Shown: positions 1-12,700, counted from the stretch's first letter. The stretch is DNA of 64,000 nucleotides from Candidatus Hydrogenedentota bacterium (GCA_963668025.2 CAXXTH010000010.1:1120001-1184000), one strand, 5' to 3'. Notes: a model not told the origin generated them from the sequence alone. Numbers and translations: made by a program.

Positions 1-2200
1 ATACTCCTAAAAGTGATGTTCTCGTAGACCATGGCTCTTCTGTAGGCTCAAAGCTGATAAGATAGTTGATCAATTCTGATATAGGCATAGTGGCCAATTC
101 TTCTTTTGAAATGGGTGGTACAGGAGAAGTCATGTCGGTTTCAATCCAGTATAATAAATCGGGATGCTTTGGAGTTTTCAGGTTTGGATTTACCAATAAA
201 AGCTCATTTTTTAGCTGTTGTGCAAACACGCAATCTTTTTTCTTACTCAATAGCCAATAAACCCATCTGAATAAGTCTTGACCTAGGTATTCTGGTTCCT
301 CGCTTAAATTGGTATAATGAAGCTTGAGATATTTCAAGAAGGTGTTTCGTGCGAAATCAGCAGATTGTGTATATGCATCTGCTGCAAGCATAAATACTTC
401 ATGATGTAGAGTATGTTCTTTAGCTAGGTCATACTCTTCAATAAAAGCAAGCTTTGATTCTGCTGTTTTACTAGCTTGCTTGTTTATGCCGTGGATTGCT
501 AGTCGGCGTAAAAGTGTAATTGGAGACTTAAACCATTGGTTAATCCAAAATTGTGCAGAAGCATCATCATTTTCTAGCAACCATTCAACAGTATTTCTTA
601 AGATGCTAATAATGACATTCCATACTGTTTTATAACCTGCTCTTTCCTCTGTATACTCAATTCTAAGCCGAGAAGCAATACCAATGTCAAAATCGGTAGC
701 ATAACTATTAGTAATATGTTTAAGTCTATACGTATTAATAAGTGCTTCTGTAAATATAGTTAGAACATCATAACTATATATATCTAGATTCTTGCAAAGA
801 ACCTCATCCCAGATTTTATCTAGTTTATAAGCACTAACTGTAGATATGGCAGATTCTAAGCTAATGTGACGCAAGACGACTAGAACTAATTCTGGAGAAT
901 GTTTTAGTCTGGGTATAGTCGCCGCCCAATTATCTGCGGTATTGTCGTCGTTCTCTTTTCCTTTCATTATAAGTAAAGGGATCCATTGATTGTAAACCAG
1001 TTCATTTTTACATTGACTAAGAGACAATTCTAAACACAAACGCCTGACAAACCAAGAGTTAAGAAAAGCTGTGTGAGAAGTGCATACATCAAGTGCTTCT
1101 GGATTACCTTCTAGTATAAATATGTAGATAAACCATTCTAAAAGCATTCTAGAGCATAAGTTTAGATCTGAATTATAGAATATTGCTTTGAAAGGTGTCT
1201 TCTCTTTAGCCCATCTCAGCCAACAAGTGTGTCTGGCATATTTGATGAAAAACTGGACTTGGTCTATGCATGTCAGGGCATGCGTGAGGTAATCATCTTC
1301 TTTTGGATTAAGCACCGGTGCAGGTAGTGGTGCGGAGTCGTTTTCCACCAAATCACGTATTCGAGTTTTGTGATCACTAGGACTGAATGAAGTTATTCGT
1401 GCCCATTCTGAAATTGCTTCGTCAAGCGCTTTGTGGTCCTTCTTCGTCCTTGAGGGGTACTGTAAAGGCGTGATTCCTCTATATTCCCAATCGGCTAACT
1501 TGTCCGAGGACGGCACTAGTGCATATCGTCCCTCTTCCACGGGAAGCGCCCTGGCAAGGTAATCCATGATTGGGTCGTTGTGACTGTAGCCAACAAATAA
1601 AACCTTGTATTTGCTGAACATAGGAACCAGGAAACGGCAAGCCCAGCCGTTAACAACATAGGCTGACCCGAAGTCCTTGTCCGTAAGCACAAAGAAGGGT
1701 TCTTGTTCTGGCGGCCAATGCAATCTCCCATGCAGATAGACCAGTCCGGAGAAGCTATCGCCCAAGGGAAGAGCCGGGCCGATGTAGGTCGGGAATTCCT
1801 TGCCGGATACCTCTAATTCTTTGCCGAATACCGCCTGTATCGCTCCAGTGAAGTGTAGATCGAAATTGGTGGTTACGATGCGGATTTCAGATGGTTTTCT
1901 GAACAGTTTCACAAGATTCTTGTGTAGATCTGTTGGTCTCGAATCTTTGTTGCCAATAATATCTTGAGTCAATTGCCGGATTCTGCATTTACAGTCCGCA
2001 AGTCTCCCCAGAAATCTGTCAATCGGCTCGTTTTTCGATCTTGCATTCGGATAGGCAATCTGCTTGGCAAGATCTTCGAAGCTGGGTAGATTTGACGGTT
2101 CGCCCATGGACACGCCTGCGCCGGCAAACACCACGAGGTTTCCGTCGCTCTGGGCGTCCAGTAGTTCTTGTGGGATGTCCACTTCACCTGTAAAGTGCAT
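1..2200 (-). CDS. SIR2-family (SIR2_2) NADase-domain protein with long C-terminal region, Dsr-like anti-phage candidate; 3' end outside the window
   Basis: Hand-translated from ATG 2200 (GGAGG RBS upstream): MHFTGEVDIPQELLDAQSDGNLVVFAGAGVSMG..., IVTTNFD, LVYLHG, VLFVGYSHND. The same frame is open at positions 61-2; the middle was not checked codon by codon. Not in the ORF track because it runs off the edge. Confidence 0.88.
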   Translation of the reverse strand, partial: MHFTGEVDIPQELLDAQSDGNLVVFAGAGVSMGEPSNLPSFEDLAKQIAYPNARSKNEPIDRFLGRLADCKCRIRQLTQDIIGNKDSRPTDLHKNLVKLFRKPSEIRIVTTNFDLHFTGAIQAVFGKELEVSGKEFPTYIGPALPLGDSFSGLVYLHGRLHWPPEQEPFFVLTDKDFGSAYVVNGWACRFLVPMFSKYKVLFVGYSHNDPIMDYLARALPVEEGRYALVPSSDKLADWEYRGITPLQYPSRTKKDHKALDEAISEWARITSFSPSDHKTRIRDLVENDSAPLPAPVLNPKEDDYLTHALTCIDQVQFFIKYARHTCWLRWAKEKTPFKAIFYNSDLNLCSRMLLEWFIYIFILEGNPEALDVCTSHTAFLNSWFVRRLCLELSLSQCKNELVYNQWIPLLIMKGKENDDNTADNWAATIPRLKHSPELVLVVLRHISLESAISTVSAYKLDKIWDEVLCKNLDIYSYDVLTIFTEALINTYRLKHITNSYATDFDIGIASRLRIEYTEERAGYKTVWNVIISILRNTVEWLLENDDASAQFWINQWFKSPITLLRRLAIHGINKQASKTAESKLAFIEEYDLAKEHTLHHEVFMLAADAYTQSADFARNTFLKYLKLHYTNLSEEPEYLGQDLFRWVYWLLSKKKDCVFAQQLKNELLLVNPNLKTPKHPDLLYWIETDMTSPVPPISKEELATMPISELINYLISFEPTEEPWSTRTSLLGV

Positions 2201-2400
2201 GGAAGAACCTCCATTTATTTTCTACGTGCTAGGAATACCCTACAAGAATAGGCATGTAAAAACAATCCAGTCTGGTTTGTGGAAAATGGATTTGGCCTAG
2301 GAACCGCCGCTAGAGCGATTCAATGTTGCGCGCAAAAGGCAGGATGAAATTCTGCCCTTCTCGGCAGAAGAACACTCTCATTCCAAAAACAAAGCCTTCT

Positions 2401-2448
2401 GTAGCATGGGCGTCCCGCCCATGCGCATGGCCGGGACGGCCATGCTAC
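2401..2448. repeat. GTAG-type REP doublet (two inverted REP hairpins)
   Basis: GTAGCATGGGCGTCCCGCCCATG-CG-CATGGCCGGGACGGCCATGCTAC; reverse-complement copy at 46447-46494 (47/48 identical). Confidence 0.85.
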
Positions 2449-2501
2449 GGGAGGGAGAAAGCCGTTCGTTTTGCTGCATCCAGTCCTGAGCCGGTGTAGC
2501 A

Positions 2502-2551
2502 TTGACAAGCAGGTTGAGGGCGTGTAGATTAGAGTAAGGAAAGCGCTTACA
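2502..2551 (+). promoter_or_regulatory. sigma70 promoter followed by a LacI/CRE-type operator
   Basis: TTGACA(2502)-17 bp-TAGATT(2525); GGAAAGCGCTTACA at 2538-2551. Confidence 0.7.
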
Positions 2552-2610
2552 TTTGCGTCTTTATCGAAATCATCGGGCATATGATTCAACTTGAGGGAGT
2601 CTTGACGCAT

Positions 2611-4923
2611 ATGGAATCACGTATCGTTGCGGTGCGGTGGATGGTGTTGGCGGTGGCGGCGGCGTTGCTGGTGGGCGTGGGCGTGGGGGCGGCCTCGGCG
2701 GCGGATGCACAGGAGATTCCGGGTCCCGTGTCTTCGGTGCAGATGCACTTGGGCAGGCCTGCGTTTTTCGTCGATGGCCAGCCGTTCACGCGGCCCTTGT
2801 TTTCGACCTACCAGCCAAAGAAAGAGCTGTTCGCCCAGATGGCGAAGGCGGGATTCACGGCGTATAACTTCGAGGTTCCGCTCACGGCGATGTGGACGGG
2901 GCCGGACCAGTTTGATTTCGCTGCTCTCGACACGTGCGCGCGGAACATCCTCGAGGCCTGCCCGGGCGCGTTGATCATGCCCCGCATTTATCTGCAAGCT
3001 CCGGAATGGTGGAAGGATCAGCATCCGGAGGAGCTGATGATCCTGGACCATGGCGGCGCGAAGATTGTCGAGCCGTTCAAGGCGGGCGTGGCCAAGCCGG
3101 GGCAATGCTTCGAGTCCATCGCTTCGGCCCGCTGGCGCGAAGAGGGCGGTGCGGCGCTGGCGAAGGCCATCGAGCACATCCAAGCTTCCGACTGGGCGGA
3201 CCGGATCTTTGCGTACGAGTTTTCGGGATTGGCGACCGAGGAATGGTATTACTTCACCGTCAACCAAGAGCATAACCTCGGCGACTATAGTGAGCACATG
3301 CGCCGGGCCTTCGCCCAATGGCTCGAAACGAAGTATGGCGCGCCCGAGGCCTTGGCGGCCGCGTGGGGCAAGCCGGGGCTCGATTTCCCGTCGGTGGCTA
3401 TTCCCAGCCGGGAGGAGCGCATCGCGGACCGGGACAAGACCTTCCGCGACCCCGCCACGCAGATGAACGTCATCGATTTCTACCTGTTTTACAATGACAT
3501 GGTCCCTGATACGATTGGCTATTTCGCCCACGTGATCAAAACCGCCAGCAAGGGGACAAAGGCGGTTGGCACGTATTACTCGTATCTATACGAGTTTCGC
3601 GGCAATCCTGAGTTTGGCCACAACGCCACGCACGCCTTGCTCGAATGCCCGGACATCGATTTTATCTGCGCCCCGCCGGACTATCTCGACCGCAAGCCCG
3701 GCGGCTTCGAGGGCTACCGGCGTCCCTACCTGTCGGGCACGCTCAATGGGAAGCTGTGGTTCCACGACAATGATTCCGTGTCGTTCCGCATCCGGGAGGT
3801 GATGGCGCAGCACCATTTCGATGAAAACGGCCTGAAAGAGATGGAGATGTACCATCCCGAAGGCGGCGCGACCGCGCAGGCCTCGATATGGGATTACCAG
3901 CGTTCGGCGGGCTTTGTCCTGCATGAAGGCATCTACCAAGGCATGTTTGATTTGCACGGCGGCTATTACGACCATCCGCAGTTGATTCAAGGCATCCGGC
4001 CCATTCTCGATTTGCTCGACCGCGCGAAGGATACCGAACAAACCTCCGTAGCCCAGATCCTCGTCGTGGCCGACGAGGCCTCGTGCTCGTATATGGGCTT
4101 CCAGATCGACCGGGGCGATGACCCCTGGAACAGCGGCCTCGGGGCGGACTTGGCGCAATTCCAGCCCGGTTTCCTCCGTTGCGGCGCGCCATTCGACTCC
4201 GTGTTGCTCGAAGACCTTTCCAAGACCCCCGTGGAGCCGTATAAGCTCATCGTATTCTTGAACACATTCCATATGGATGACGCGGCGCGGGAGTTCGTAA
4301 ACACCCGTCTCAAGAAAGACGGCCGGAGCTTGCTCTGGATATACGCCCCGGGATTGTTCAATGGGAACGGCAGTTCCGTCGAAGCCATGCAGCAGCTTGT
4401 GGGGATGCAGGCCGCGCCCTCGGCGGACGAGTCCTTCGTCCCCGCCCAATTTGAATTGACCCCGGAAGGCAGCCAATGGATGTCCGCCCAGCAGGTGGAA
4501 CCGACAACGGGAGCCATCGGCTCCGTGGCGAAGAATCGGAAAGTGTTTGCTGTCGAAGATGCGTCCACCGAGGTTTTAGGAAAACAGCTTGCCTCGAATA
4601 CGGCCGCGTTTGCCCGGAAGGACATGGGGGAGTGGACCTCGTATTATGCCATCACCCCCGTATTTTCGCCAGAAATCGTGCGCGCCCTGGCGAAGGCCTC
4701 GGGTGTGCATGTTTATTCGGAGGCCAATGATGCGTTATATGTAAACAAGAGCTATATCACCGTGCATGCGGCGGCGGAAGGCAGCCGTACGCTCACGCTG
4801 CCGCAGGCTTCGGACATTTCGGACGCTTTCACGGGCGAGTTGCTATACGAGCGCGCCTCTGTGTTGAATCTTTCCCTTATGCGAGGCCAAACCGTGGTGT
4901 TGCGTTATACCGCCGCCAAATAG
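2611..4923 (+). CDS. secreted GH42-like (beta-galactosidase-type) glycoside hydrolase
   Basis: Signal peptide; FDFAALD, PEWW, DYSE..RRAF..WL..KY..PEAL..AWG motifs; C-terminal trimerisation-like domain. Start could be 2581. Confidence 0.78.
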   Translation: MESRIVAVRWMVLAVAAALLVGVGVGAASAADAQEIPGPVSSVQMHLGRPAFFVDGQPFTRPLFSTYQPKKELFAQMAKAGFTAYNFEVPLTAMWTGPDQFDFAALDTCARNILEACPGALIMPRIYLQAPEWWKDQHPEELMILDHGGAKIVEPFKAGVAKPGQCFESIASARWREEGGAALAKAIEHIQASDWADRIFAYEFSGLATEEWYYFTVNQEHNLGDYSEHMRRAFAQWLETKYGAPEALAAAWGKPGLDFPSVAIPSREERIADRDKTFRDPATQMNVIDFYLFYNDMVPDTIGYFAHVIKTASKGTKAVGTYYSYLYEFRGNPEFGHNATHALLECPDIDFICAPPDYLDRKPGGFEGYRRPYLSGTLNGKLWFHDNDSVSFRIREVMAQHHFDENGLKEMEMYHPEGGATAQASIWDYQRSAGFVLHEGIYQGMFDLHGGYYDHPQLIQGIRPILDLLDRAKDTEQTSVAQILVVADEASCSYMGFQIDRGDDPWNSGLGADLAQFQPGFLRCGAPFDSVLLEDLSKTPVEPYKLIVFLNTFHMDDAAREFVNTRLKKDGRSLLWIYAPGLFNGNGSSVEAMQQLVGMQAAPSADESFVPAQFELTPEGSQWMSAQQVEPTTGAIGSVAKNRKVFAVEDASTEVLGKQLASNTAAFARKDMGEWTSYYAITPVFSPEIVRALAKASGVHVYSEANDALYVNKSYITVHAAAEGSRTLTLPQASDISDAFTGELLYERASVLNLSLMRGQTVVLRYTAAK

Positions 4924-4924
4924 C

Positions 4925-5080
4925 CGGATTTTAAGACCACTAAATACACTAAATACAATAATATAGTAAGTGGAATTTTTTGTGACTCCGGTCACGCTGT
5001 TATTAATCGCCCATCAATATCATTTATGTATTCAAATATCTTCATATTTTTGATGGTTGTAGGGTGGGGCTTGCCCCACC
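4925..5080. repeat. mosaic intergenic element: 9-nt CACTAAATA array plus REP GTAGGGTGGGGCTTGCCCCACC
   Basis: Both parts recur at 25009-25071. Confidence 0.75.
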
Positions 5081-5523
5081 GTTCCGGGAGGAGCCCAGGA
5101 AAATATCCGGCAAGGATTGTAAGACGTAACAAGCAGATATACTTTGGTCTACACGGGAAATGTTCGCGAAGTAAAATTTGGCTGTTAGTAGCACAGCGTG
5201 CAAGGGGTGACTTTTTACTCTTATATTACGTATTTGTTTAATATATTAGGAATATTATATATATACTAAATGCTTATTTATTGGCGGCACAGGCGAAGCG
5301 TGCCGCTGTGAAAAGAATGTATATTTCCCTGCCCACGAATGCTTCATTTTTTAGCATATTTCCCCTCTTTTGTAATTTAATGACCAGGTCAAAAGTCTCC
5401 GCTTCAGCTCCTTTCATTTGAAATATGTACTTGAGTTATCGCATGTCGTGTTGGCTCCAGATAGTATTTTTTCGTACATTATTTGTTTTTATAGTTATTA
5501 GCGCAAGGTTTGCAATGGGTTTC

Positions 5524-5552
5524 TTGACGCTCAGGAAATAACATGGTAAGAT
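5524..5552 (+). promoter_or_regulatory. sigma70 promoter of the surface-protein operon
   Basis: TTGACG-17 bp-TAAGAT with TGn extended -10. Confidence 0.6.
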
Positions 5553-5719
5553 ATACATGTCTTTTGTCACGTATGTGGCCAAGGGGAATACCGATTCAAG
5601 GCATTGTGTTTTGCTTTACGAATGCACGCGTGTTGGGGAAGTGTCAGGTTTGCGTGTGCATGCCAAGCGTGTATTGGTTGCAAGTAAAACAAAAGTAGTC
5701 GCAATGAAGGGGAGAGTAT

Positions 5720-6745
5720 ATGGCCCAAATACCCGAATGCCCTAGAAGGCATTTCTCGGGTGGCGGATGGAGGCGGGGCGAACTGCAAGCGCCGCTGTCG
5801 ATTCGTCCGTCCATGCCGGGAATATCGCACGTAATCGCAGCAAGTCTCACCAGTATACTGTTTTTGCTTCCCACCTTATTCGCGCATGCCGCTGATGCGG
5901 ACCCCGCTATAACAGTCACCAAGCAGCTCGCTAGCGTGGAAAAACCATTGCTGTCTGGCGCGTATGCAGCGTCAAAAGGGGTCTCTAAAATAGAGGTCAT
6001 GGTGGACAACCAAGCCTATTCGGCTCAAACCCCTGCTCCTGGCGTATGGATTGTCATAGTCGAAAATGCAATAAAGCCGGGGATTTATGATGTGTCCGCC
6101 CGTGTGACGGACCAGGCTGGCGGCACGGCGATGGACAATACGGTGGGAGAACTCACGATTGACGCCTCCGGGCCGCAGGTGGTTGTTAATAAACTGGTGG
6201 CCAGCGATTCCACTCCCGAATTGTCGGGAACGCTCAATGATTCATCAGGAGTGCGTGAAGCCACGGTCAAGGTGGGCGCCGAAACCATTTCCGCTGAAAT
6301 CTCGGGCATGATATGGAAAGCGCAGCTCAAAAAATCGTTGAAACCGGGCGTATATGATGTCGCGGTTGAAGCGAAAGATGCGTTAGGCAACACGCAGTCC
6401 GATGAGACCAAAGATGAATTGGTGATTGATGGCGCTGCGCCAGTTATTACCGTCGATCCCATTCAAACGCCAGAGCCATCGCCAGCGCTGGGGGGCGCTG
6501 TTCAAGATGACCATGGCATAACGTCGGTGGAGATACAGATAGAAGGGAAACACTATACTGCGACATATGATGGAAAAGGCCGCTGGTCGCTTCCGGGAGG
6601 AACCATCGACCCTGGGCTGGCGGAAGGCGTCTATGACGTTCAGTCGACAGCCAAAGATGAGGCATGTAACACATCCACTGATACCACAACGGATGAATTG
6701 ACTATCAAAGTAGTTACTGGGTCCAACGAGGAGGACAAGTCATGA
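5720..6745 (+). CDS. secreted protein with three bacterial Ig-like domains
   Basis: RBS, hydrophobic signal ending AHA; three G(I/V)YDV..A.D.....D.T..EL.I repeats like those in the downstream giant protein; ATGA overlap with it. Confidence 0.85.
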   Translation: MAQIPECPRRHFSGGGWRRGELQAPLSIRPSMPGISHVIAASLTSILFLLPTLFAHAADADPAITVTKQLASVEKPLLSGAYAASKGVSKIEVMVDNQAYSAQTPAPGVWIVIVENAIKPGIYDVSARVTDQAGGTAMDNTVGELTIDASGPQVVVNKLVASDSTPELSGTLNDSSGVREATVKVGAETISAEISGMIWKAQLKKSLKPGVYDVAVEAKDALGNTQSDETKDELVIDGAAPVITVDPIQTPEPSPALGGAVQDDHGITSVEIQIEGKHYTATYDGKGRWSLPGGTIDPGLAEGVYDVQSTAKDEACNTSTDTTTDELTIKVVTGSNEEDKS

Positions 6746-9700
6746 GACTGAGGGGTAACGGACGGGTCTTGATGCGCAACAAGCGCGATCATGCGGGGCT
6801 GCGGTTAAGCCTATGCGCATGGTTTATGGCGGCCGCTATATGCGGTTTGGCGTCTCCCGCCTTCGCGGTTTTGTCCGTGGGGGTCAATTTCCAGGCGTAC
6901 TCGAGCAGTACGCCCATTGTGCAAGGCACCCAGACGGATGCGGTGTCCATTGATGTCATTCTTGATGGCCACACGTACACCGCCACGGTGCTGCCTTCCC
7001 ATCAATGGTTCATTATCGTCAACAATGCACTGTCGGACGGGGTGTATGATGTCCAAGCGACGGCGAAAGACGCATCGGATAACACCCTTTCGGATGCGAC
7101 GACGAATGAGCTTACTATAGATGCTTCTCCGCCCACGGTGACTGTCGATGAATTGCTCACCAACAGCACCAGCCCCGAGATCACGGGCGAGGCCATCGAC
7201 ACTGTCGGTGTGGCCTCAGTGGATGTCACCGTGAATGGGAGCGGCCCATATAGCGCGACAGTTGCTGGCAGCACCTGGACGCTTTCGGCAGGAACGGTTC
7301 CCGCGCTTGCAGAAGGTGTCTATGATGTCTCGGCCACGGCGGAAGATACGCTGGGCAATACGGCATCGGATTCAACTACAAATGAGCTGGAAATTGACCT
7401 TACGGCTCCTACGGTGACAACGGTTACTCCCGAAACGGGATCTCCTACGAATGCCGATACCTTGAGCTTCACGGTTACGTTTAGCGAAGAGGTTGAAAAT
7501 CTCAATGCGGCGGCGGATCTAGTGATCACGAAAGACGCCGGTGTCTCGTATATTTCCGTGCAGGTAACGGATTCCGGGGATCATATCAACTATACCGTTG
7601 ATGTCCTCGGAGTATCGGGTGATGGCGATATCACTCTCGCCGTCAGCACCGGTTCGGATGTGGCGGATCTCGCGGGGAATGCGCTGGCCTCCAGCGTAAC
7701 CAGTTCAGCGGTCACTGTCGATAATACGCCGCCCACCTTAAGCATCGGCGCACCGAGCGCCGCGTTTACGCAGAGCGGCCCGGTCACCTTCACTGTGACC
7801 TATACGGGAGCGGATAGTGTTACGCTTGCCGATGGCGATATTACCGTGATTCCCACCGGCACTGCCGCCGGTACAGCCGCCATCACGGGCTCCGGTACTA
7901 CCGAGCGCACCGTGACCATTAGCGCCATCACAGGCGACGGCACTTTGGCGATAAGTATTGCCCAGGATTCCGCTTCTGATACGGCAGGCAACCTTTCGGC
8001 AGCGGAAGGCCCCAGTAGTACATTTACCGTGGACAATACGGGCCCCGAAGTGACCGTCAATACGTTAAAAACGAAAAACACCTCTCCTGCCCTGTCCGGC
8101 ACCGTGTCAGATACCGACGGCTCCGGCGTCGCAGGAGTTGAAGTCACGGTCAATGGAGATGGCCCGCATGCTGCTACGATAACGGGCGTGAATTGGAATT
8201 TGGCCGAAGGAACTCTCACTGCGTTGGCGGACGGCACATACGATGTGGTTGTCGCGGCAACGGATACGGTCGGCAATGTGGGCAATGACAGCACTTCGGA
8301 CGAACTGGTGATCGACAACACCGCGCCCGTTGTTACTGTTACCGCTCTGCTGACCAATGACCAAAGCCCCGCCTTGGCCGGAACAATCGCCGATTCGAGC
8401 GGCGTATCGAGTTTAGAAATCACCGTAAACGGCCAAGGGCCGTATGCCGCTACGGTGGATTTCCCCGCAGGCACATGGGTCCTCGCGGACAACACGATTT
8501 CCCCGGATCTGGCCGAAGGCATTTATGATGTCGATTACACCGCCATTGACTCCCTGGGGAATAGTGGTTCGAGCACTTCAACAAGCATTTTGGAAATCGA
8601 TATTACTCCTCCTGCGCAAGCTGTTGTCAGCGAAGTATCAGATGATACTGGCTCAAGCGGCACAGACGGCATCACGAACGATGATACGCTTATCATCTCC
8701 GGTACGGCGGAAGCCGACAGTACGGTCGAGGTTTTCCAGGATTCTGTAAGCCTAGGCACTACGACCGCCGATGGCTCGGGCAATTGGTCCTATGGGCCTA
8801 CCGCAGAGTTAGCCGATGGCGATTATGATTTCACCGCTCAGGCTACCGATGGTGCGGGGAATACCGGCACGCTTTCGACGGCTTTCACTGCGACCGTAGA
8901 CACGACGATTGCCGCGCCGGTCGTGGAAGATGTTTCGTCGGATACCGGCAGCTCGAATACCGATTTCATCACCAATGATACAACATTGGTGTTTAATGGT
9001 TCGGCTGATCCGAATGTCTCCGTTCAGATGGAGATTGACAGCGCCAATGCCGGTGCTCCTGTCGCCGCGAATGGCACGGGAGATTGGTCCTATGACCATA
9101 CCGGCACGACGTTGTCAGAAGGCGTCTATTCCTTAACGGCGACTGCGACGGATACAGCGGGCAACAGTGCTTCCACGGCGGCTCCGGTGAGTTTGACCGT
9201 GGATTTGACTGCTCCAACCAACACCGCGTTCAATCTCATCACCACGTCGCCTACGAAAGAAGACACGGTCGAATTCGAAGCGGTTTTCGATGAAGACGTG
9301 TACGATTTCGATAACGCCAATGATTTGACAGTGGCAGTCACGGGCACGGTGGTGTATACCACATTATCCGTGACGAATGGGCCCACCACTTTCGATGTGG
9401 ATGTGTCGGGCGTATCGGGCAACGGCACGTTGCAGCTCACCTGGGCCGGCACTCAAGATGTGAAAGACATCGCTGGCAATGCGTTGCTTACCACTACCGC
9501 GAGCGACACTGCGACGGTGGATAATGCGCCTCCAAGCGCCCTTACGATTACACCGCCAGCAACGCCCACCAATGAAGATACGCTTCAATGGACGGTGACG
9601 TTTGACGAAGCCGTCAAGAACTTTGACGACGCATCCGACTTGGTCATTACGGAAACAGGTACTGTCGCGCATACCGGCGCCACAGTGACGGATTCGGGCG

Positions 9701-12700
9701 ACCATATCACCTTCACGGTTGAACTCACTGGCGTATCCGGTGACGGCACGGTCAATGTGGTGGTGAGCACCACAAGCGATGTGGCCGATAATGCCGACAA
9801 TGCTCTAGCCGATGGCGGCACGAGCACGGATGTCACGGTTGATAATACGGCTCCCACGGTGGATTCCATCACGGAGCCCACGACGCCCACCAATGACGAC
9901 AGCCTTACATGGACCGTCACTTTCAGTGAGGCGGTCGTGAATTTCGATGCGGAAGCTGATCTCGATATCACCGAAACCGGAACGGTTGCGCATACCGGCG
10001 TGACCGTTACGGATTTGGGCAGCCAGACATCCTTCACAGTGGAACTCACTGGCGTATCGGGTGATGGCACTGTGAACGTTGTCGTGAGTACATCGAGTGG
10101 AGTCACGGATGAGGCTGATAATGATCTTAGCTCCGGTGGCACTAGCGACGATGTGACTGTTGACAATACGTTGCCGACAGTGACCGTCGAACAGGCCTCC
10201 GGCCAAGCGGATCCGGCGAATACGCTGCCGATCACCTTTGATGTGACATTCTCTGAACCCGTCACGGGATTCGATGAAACGGATGTCACCATAGGCGGAA
10301 CGGCCACTGGCGTGGTTGTCTCGGTGAGTGGTGCGGACGACACCTACACGATCAGCGTCGACACCATTACCGGCGATGGCACGGTGATTCCCAGCCTAAA
10401 TGCCGATGTTTGCGTGGATGCGGCGGACAATGGAAACGAAGCCTCCACCAGCACGGACAACAGCGTTACATATGACTCGACCGCTCCAAACGCCCCGGTC
10501 ATCACGGGTATCACGGATGATACCAATACGGCGGCTGATGGCATCACGAGCGACCAGACTCTGGTGATCGACGGCACGGCCGAAGCTTCGAGCGAAGTCG
10601 AGGTCTTCTTGGACGGTTCCAGCATTGGCACTACCGATGCGGATGGCACGGGCAACTGGACTTTCGACTATACCGGTACGACTTTGCCGGAAGGGGATTA
10701 CACCTTCACGGCCACATCGACCGACGAGGCGGGAAACACGAGCGCCGATTCGGCGGACTTCGATGTGACAGTGGATATCACCGCCCCAGGCGTGACCGTC
10801 GAGCAGTCTTCGGGACAAGCCGATCCAGCGAATACATTGCCGATCACCTTCGACGTGACTTTCACCGAACCGGTGGAAGGCTTCGATGATGCCGATGTCA
10901 CGATGGGCGGTACGGCTACGGGCGTGACCTTCAACGTGACCGGTTCGGGCGACACTTATGTCATCAACGTTACGGTGGTAACGGGCGATGGCACGCTTGA
11001 GCCTGGCATATCTGCCGCCGTCTGCACGGATCCCGCTGGCAACGACAATGAAGCATCGACCAGCACGGACAACAGTGTGGAATATGATTCGACGCCGCCG
11101 ACGGTGACGGTCGAGCAGGCCACGGGCCAGGAAGATCCGGCCAATGCGCTGCCGGTGGTGTTTGATGTGGTATTCAGCGAGCCAGTCGAAGGCTTCGATC
11201 AAACTGATGTCACCATGGGTGGCACGGCTACGGGCGTAACCTTCTCCGTGACGGGTTCAGACGACACCTACACCATCAGCGTGGACACAGTGACAGGCGA
11301 TGGCACGCTGGTGCCTAGTTTAGCCGCGGGTGTCTGCACAGATCCGGCTGGCAACGGCAATGAAGTGTCCACCAGCACGGACAACAGTGTCGAGTATGAC
11401 TCGACCGCCCCTGCTGCTCCGGTCATCACGGGAATCACGGATGACACGAATACGGCAGCGGACGGCATCACGAGCGATCAGACGCTGGTGATCGCGGGTA
11501 CGGCGGAGGCTTCTAGCGAAGTCGAAGTCTTCTTGGATGGCTCCAGTATCGGCACCACCGATGCGGATGGCGCCGGTGCGTGGACCTATGATTATACCGG
11601 CACGACGCTGCCAGAAGGCGATTATGCCTTCACCGCGACAGCGACGGATGAGGCCGGTAATACGAGTGATGCCTCGACGGCCTTTGATGTGACGGTGGAC
11701 ATCACCGCGCCGCAAGTGACGGTCGAGCAGTCCTCGGGCCAGGCCGATCCGTCCAATACGTTGCCGATTACCTTTGATGTCACCTTCACGGAACCGGTGG
11801 AAGGTTTCGATGAAACCGATGTCACCATGGGTGGCACGGCCACCGGTGTGACCTTCACTGTAACCGGTGCGGATGACACGTACACAATCAATGTCACCGT
11901 AGTAACGGGCGACGGCACACTCGAACCGAGTATTGGCGCGAGTGTCTGCACGGATCCTGCTGGTAATGCCAATGAAGCATCGACCAGCACGGACAACAGC
12001 GTGGAATATGACTCGACGCCGCCGACTGTGACGGTCGAGCAGGCCACTGGCCAAGTGGATCCGGCCAATTCGCTGCCGGTGTTGTTTGACGTGGTGTTCA
12101 GCGAACCCGTTACGGGATTCGATGAAACGGATGTCACCATGGGAGGCACCGCTACGGGCGTAACCTTCTCCGTGTCTGGTTCGGACGACACCTACACCAT
12201 AAGCGTAGATGCGGTGACAGGCGATGGTACGCTGGTTCCGAGTCTCGCGGCGGGCGTCTGCACGGATCCGGCTGGAAACGACAACGAAGCGTCCACTAGC
12301 GTGGACAACAGCGTTGTATACGATTCGACCGCGCCTGATGCGCCAGTCATCACGGGCATCACGGATGACACGAATTCCGCGGGTGATGGCATCACAAGCG
12401 ATCAGACGCTAGTGATTAATGGTACAGCGGAAGCGCTAAGTGAAGTCGAAGTCTTCTTGGATGGCTCCAGCATCGGAACCACCAATGCGGATGGCGCAGG
12501 AAACTGGACCTACGACTACACGGGCACGACGCTGCCGGAAGGCGATTATGCCTTCACCGCTACGGCGGAGGATGAGGCGGGCAACACGAGTGAGCTTTCC
12601 ACGGCATTCGATGTGACGGTTGACATCACTGTTCCTACGGTGACGGTCGAGCAGTCCTCTGGACAGGATGATCCGACGAACACACTGCCGATCACCTTCG

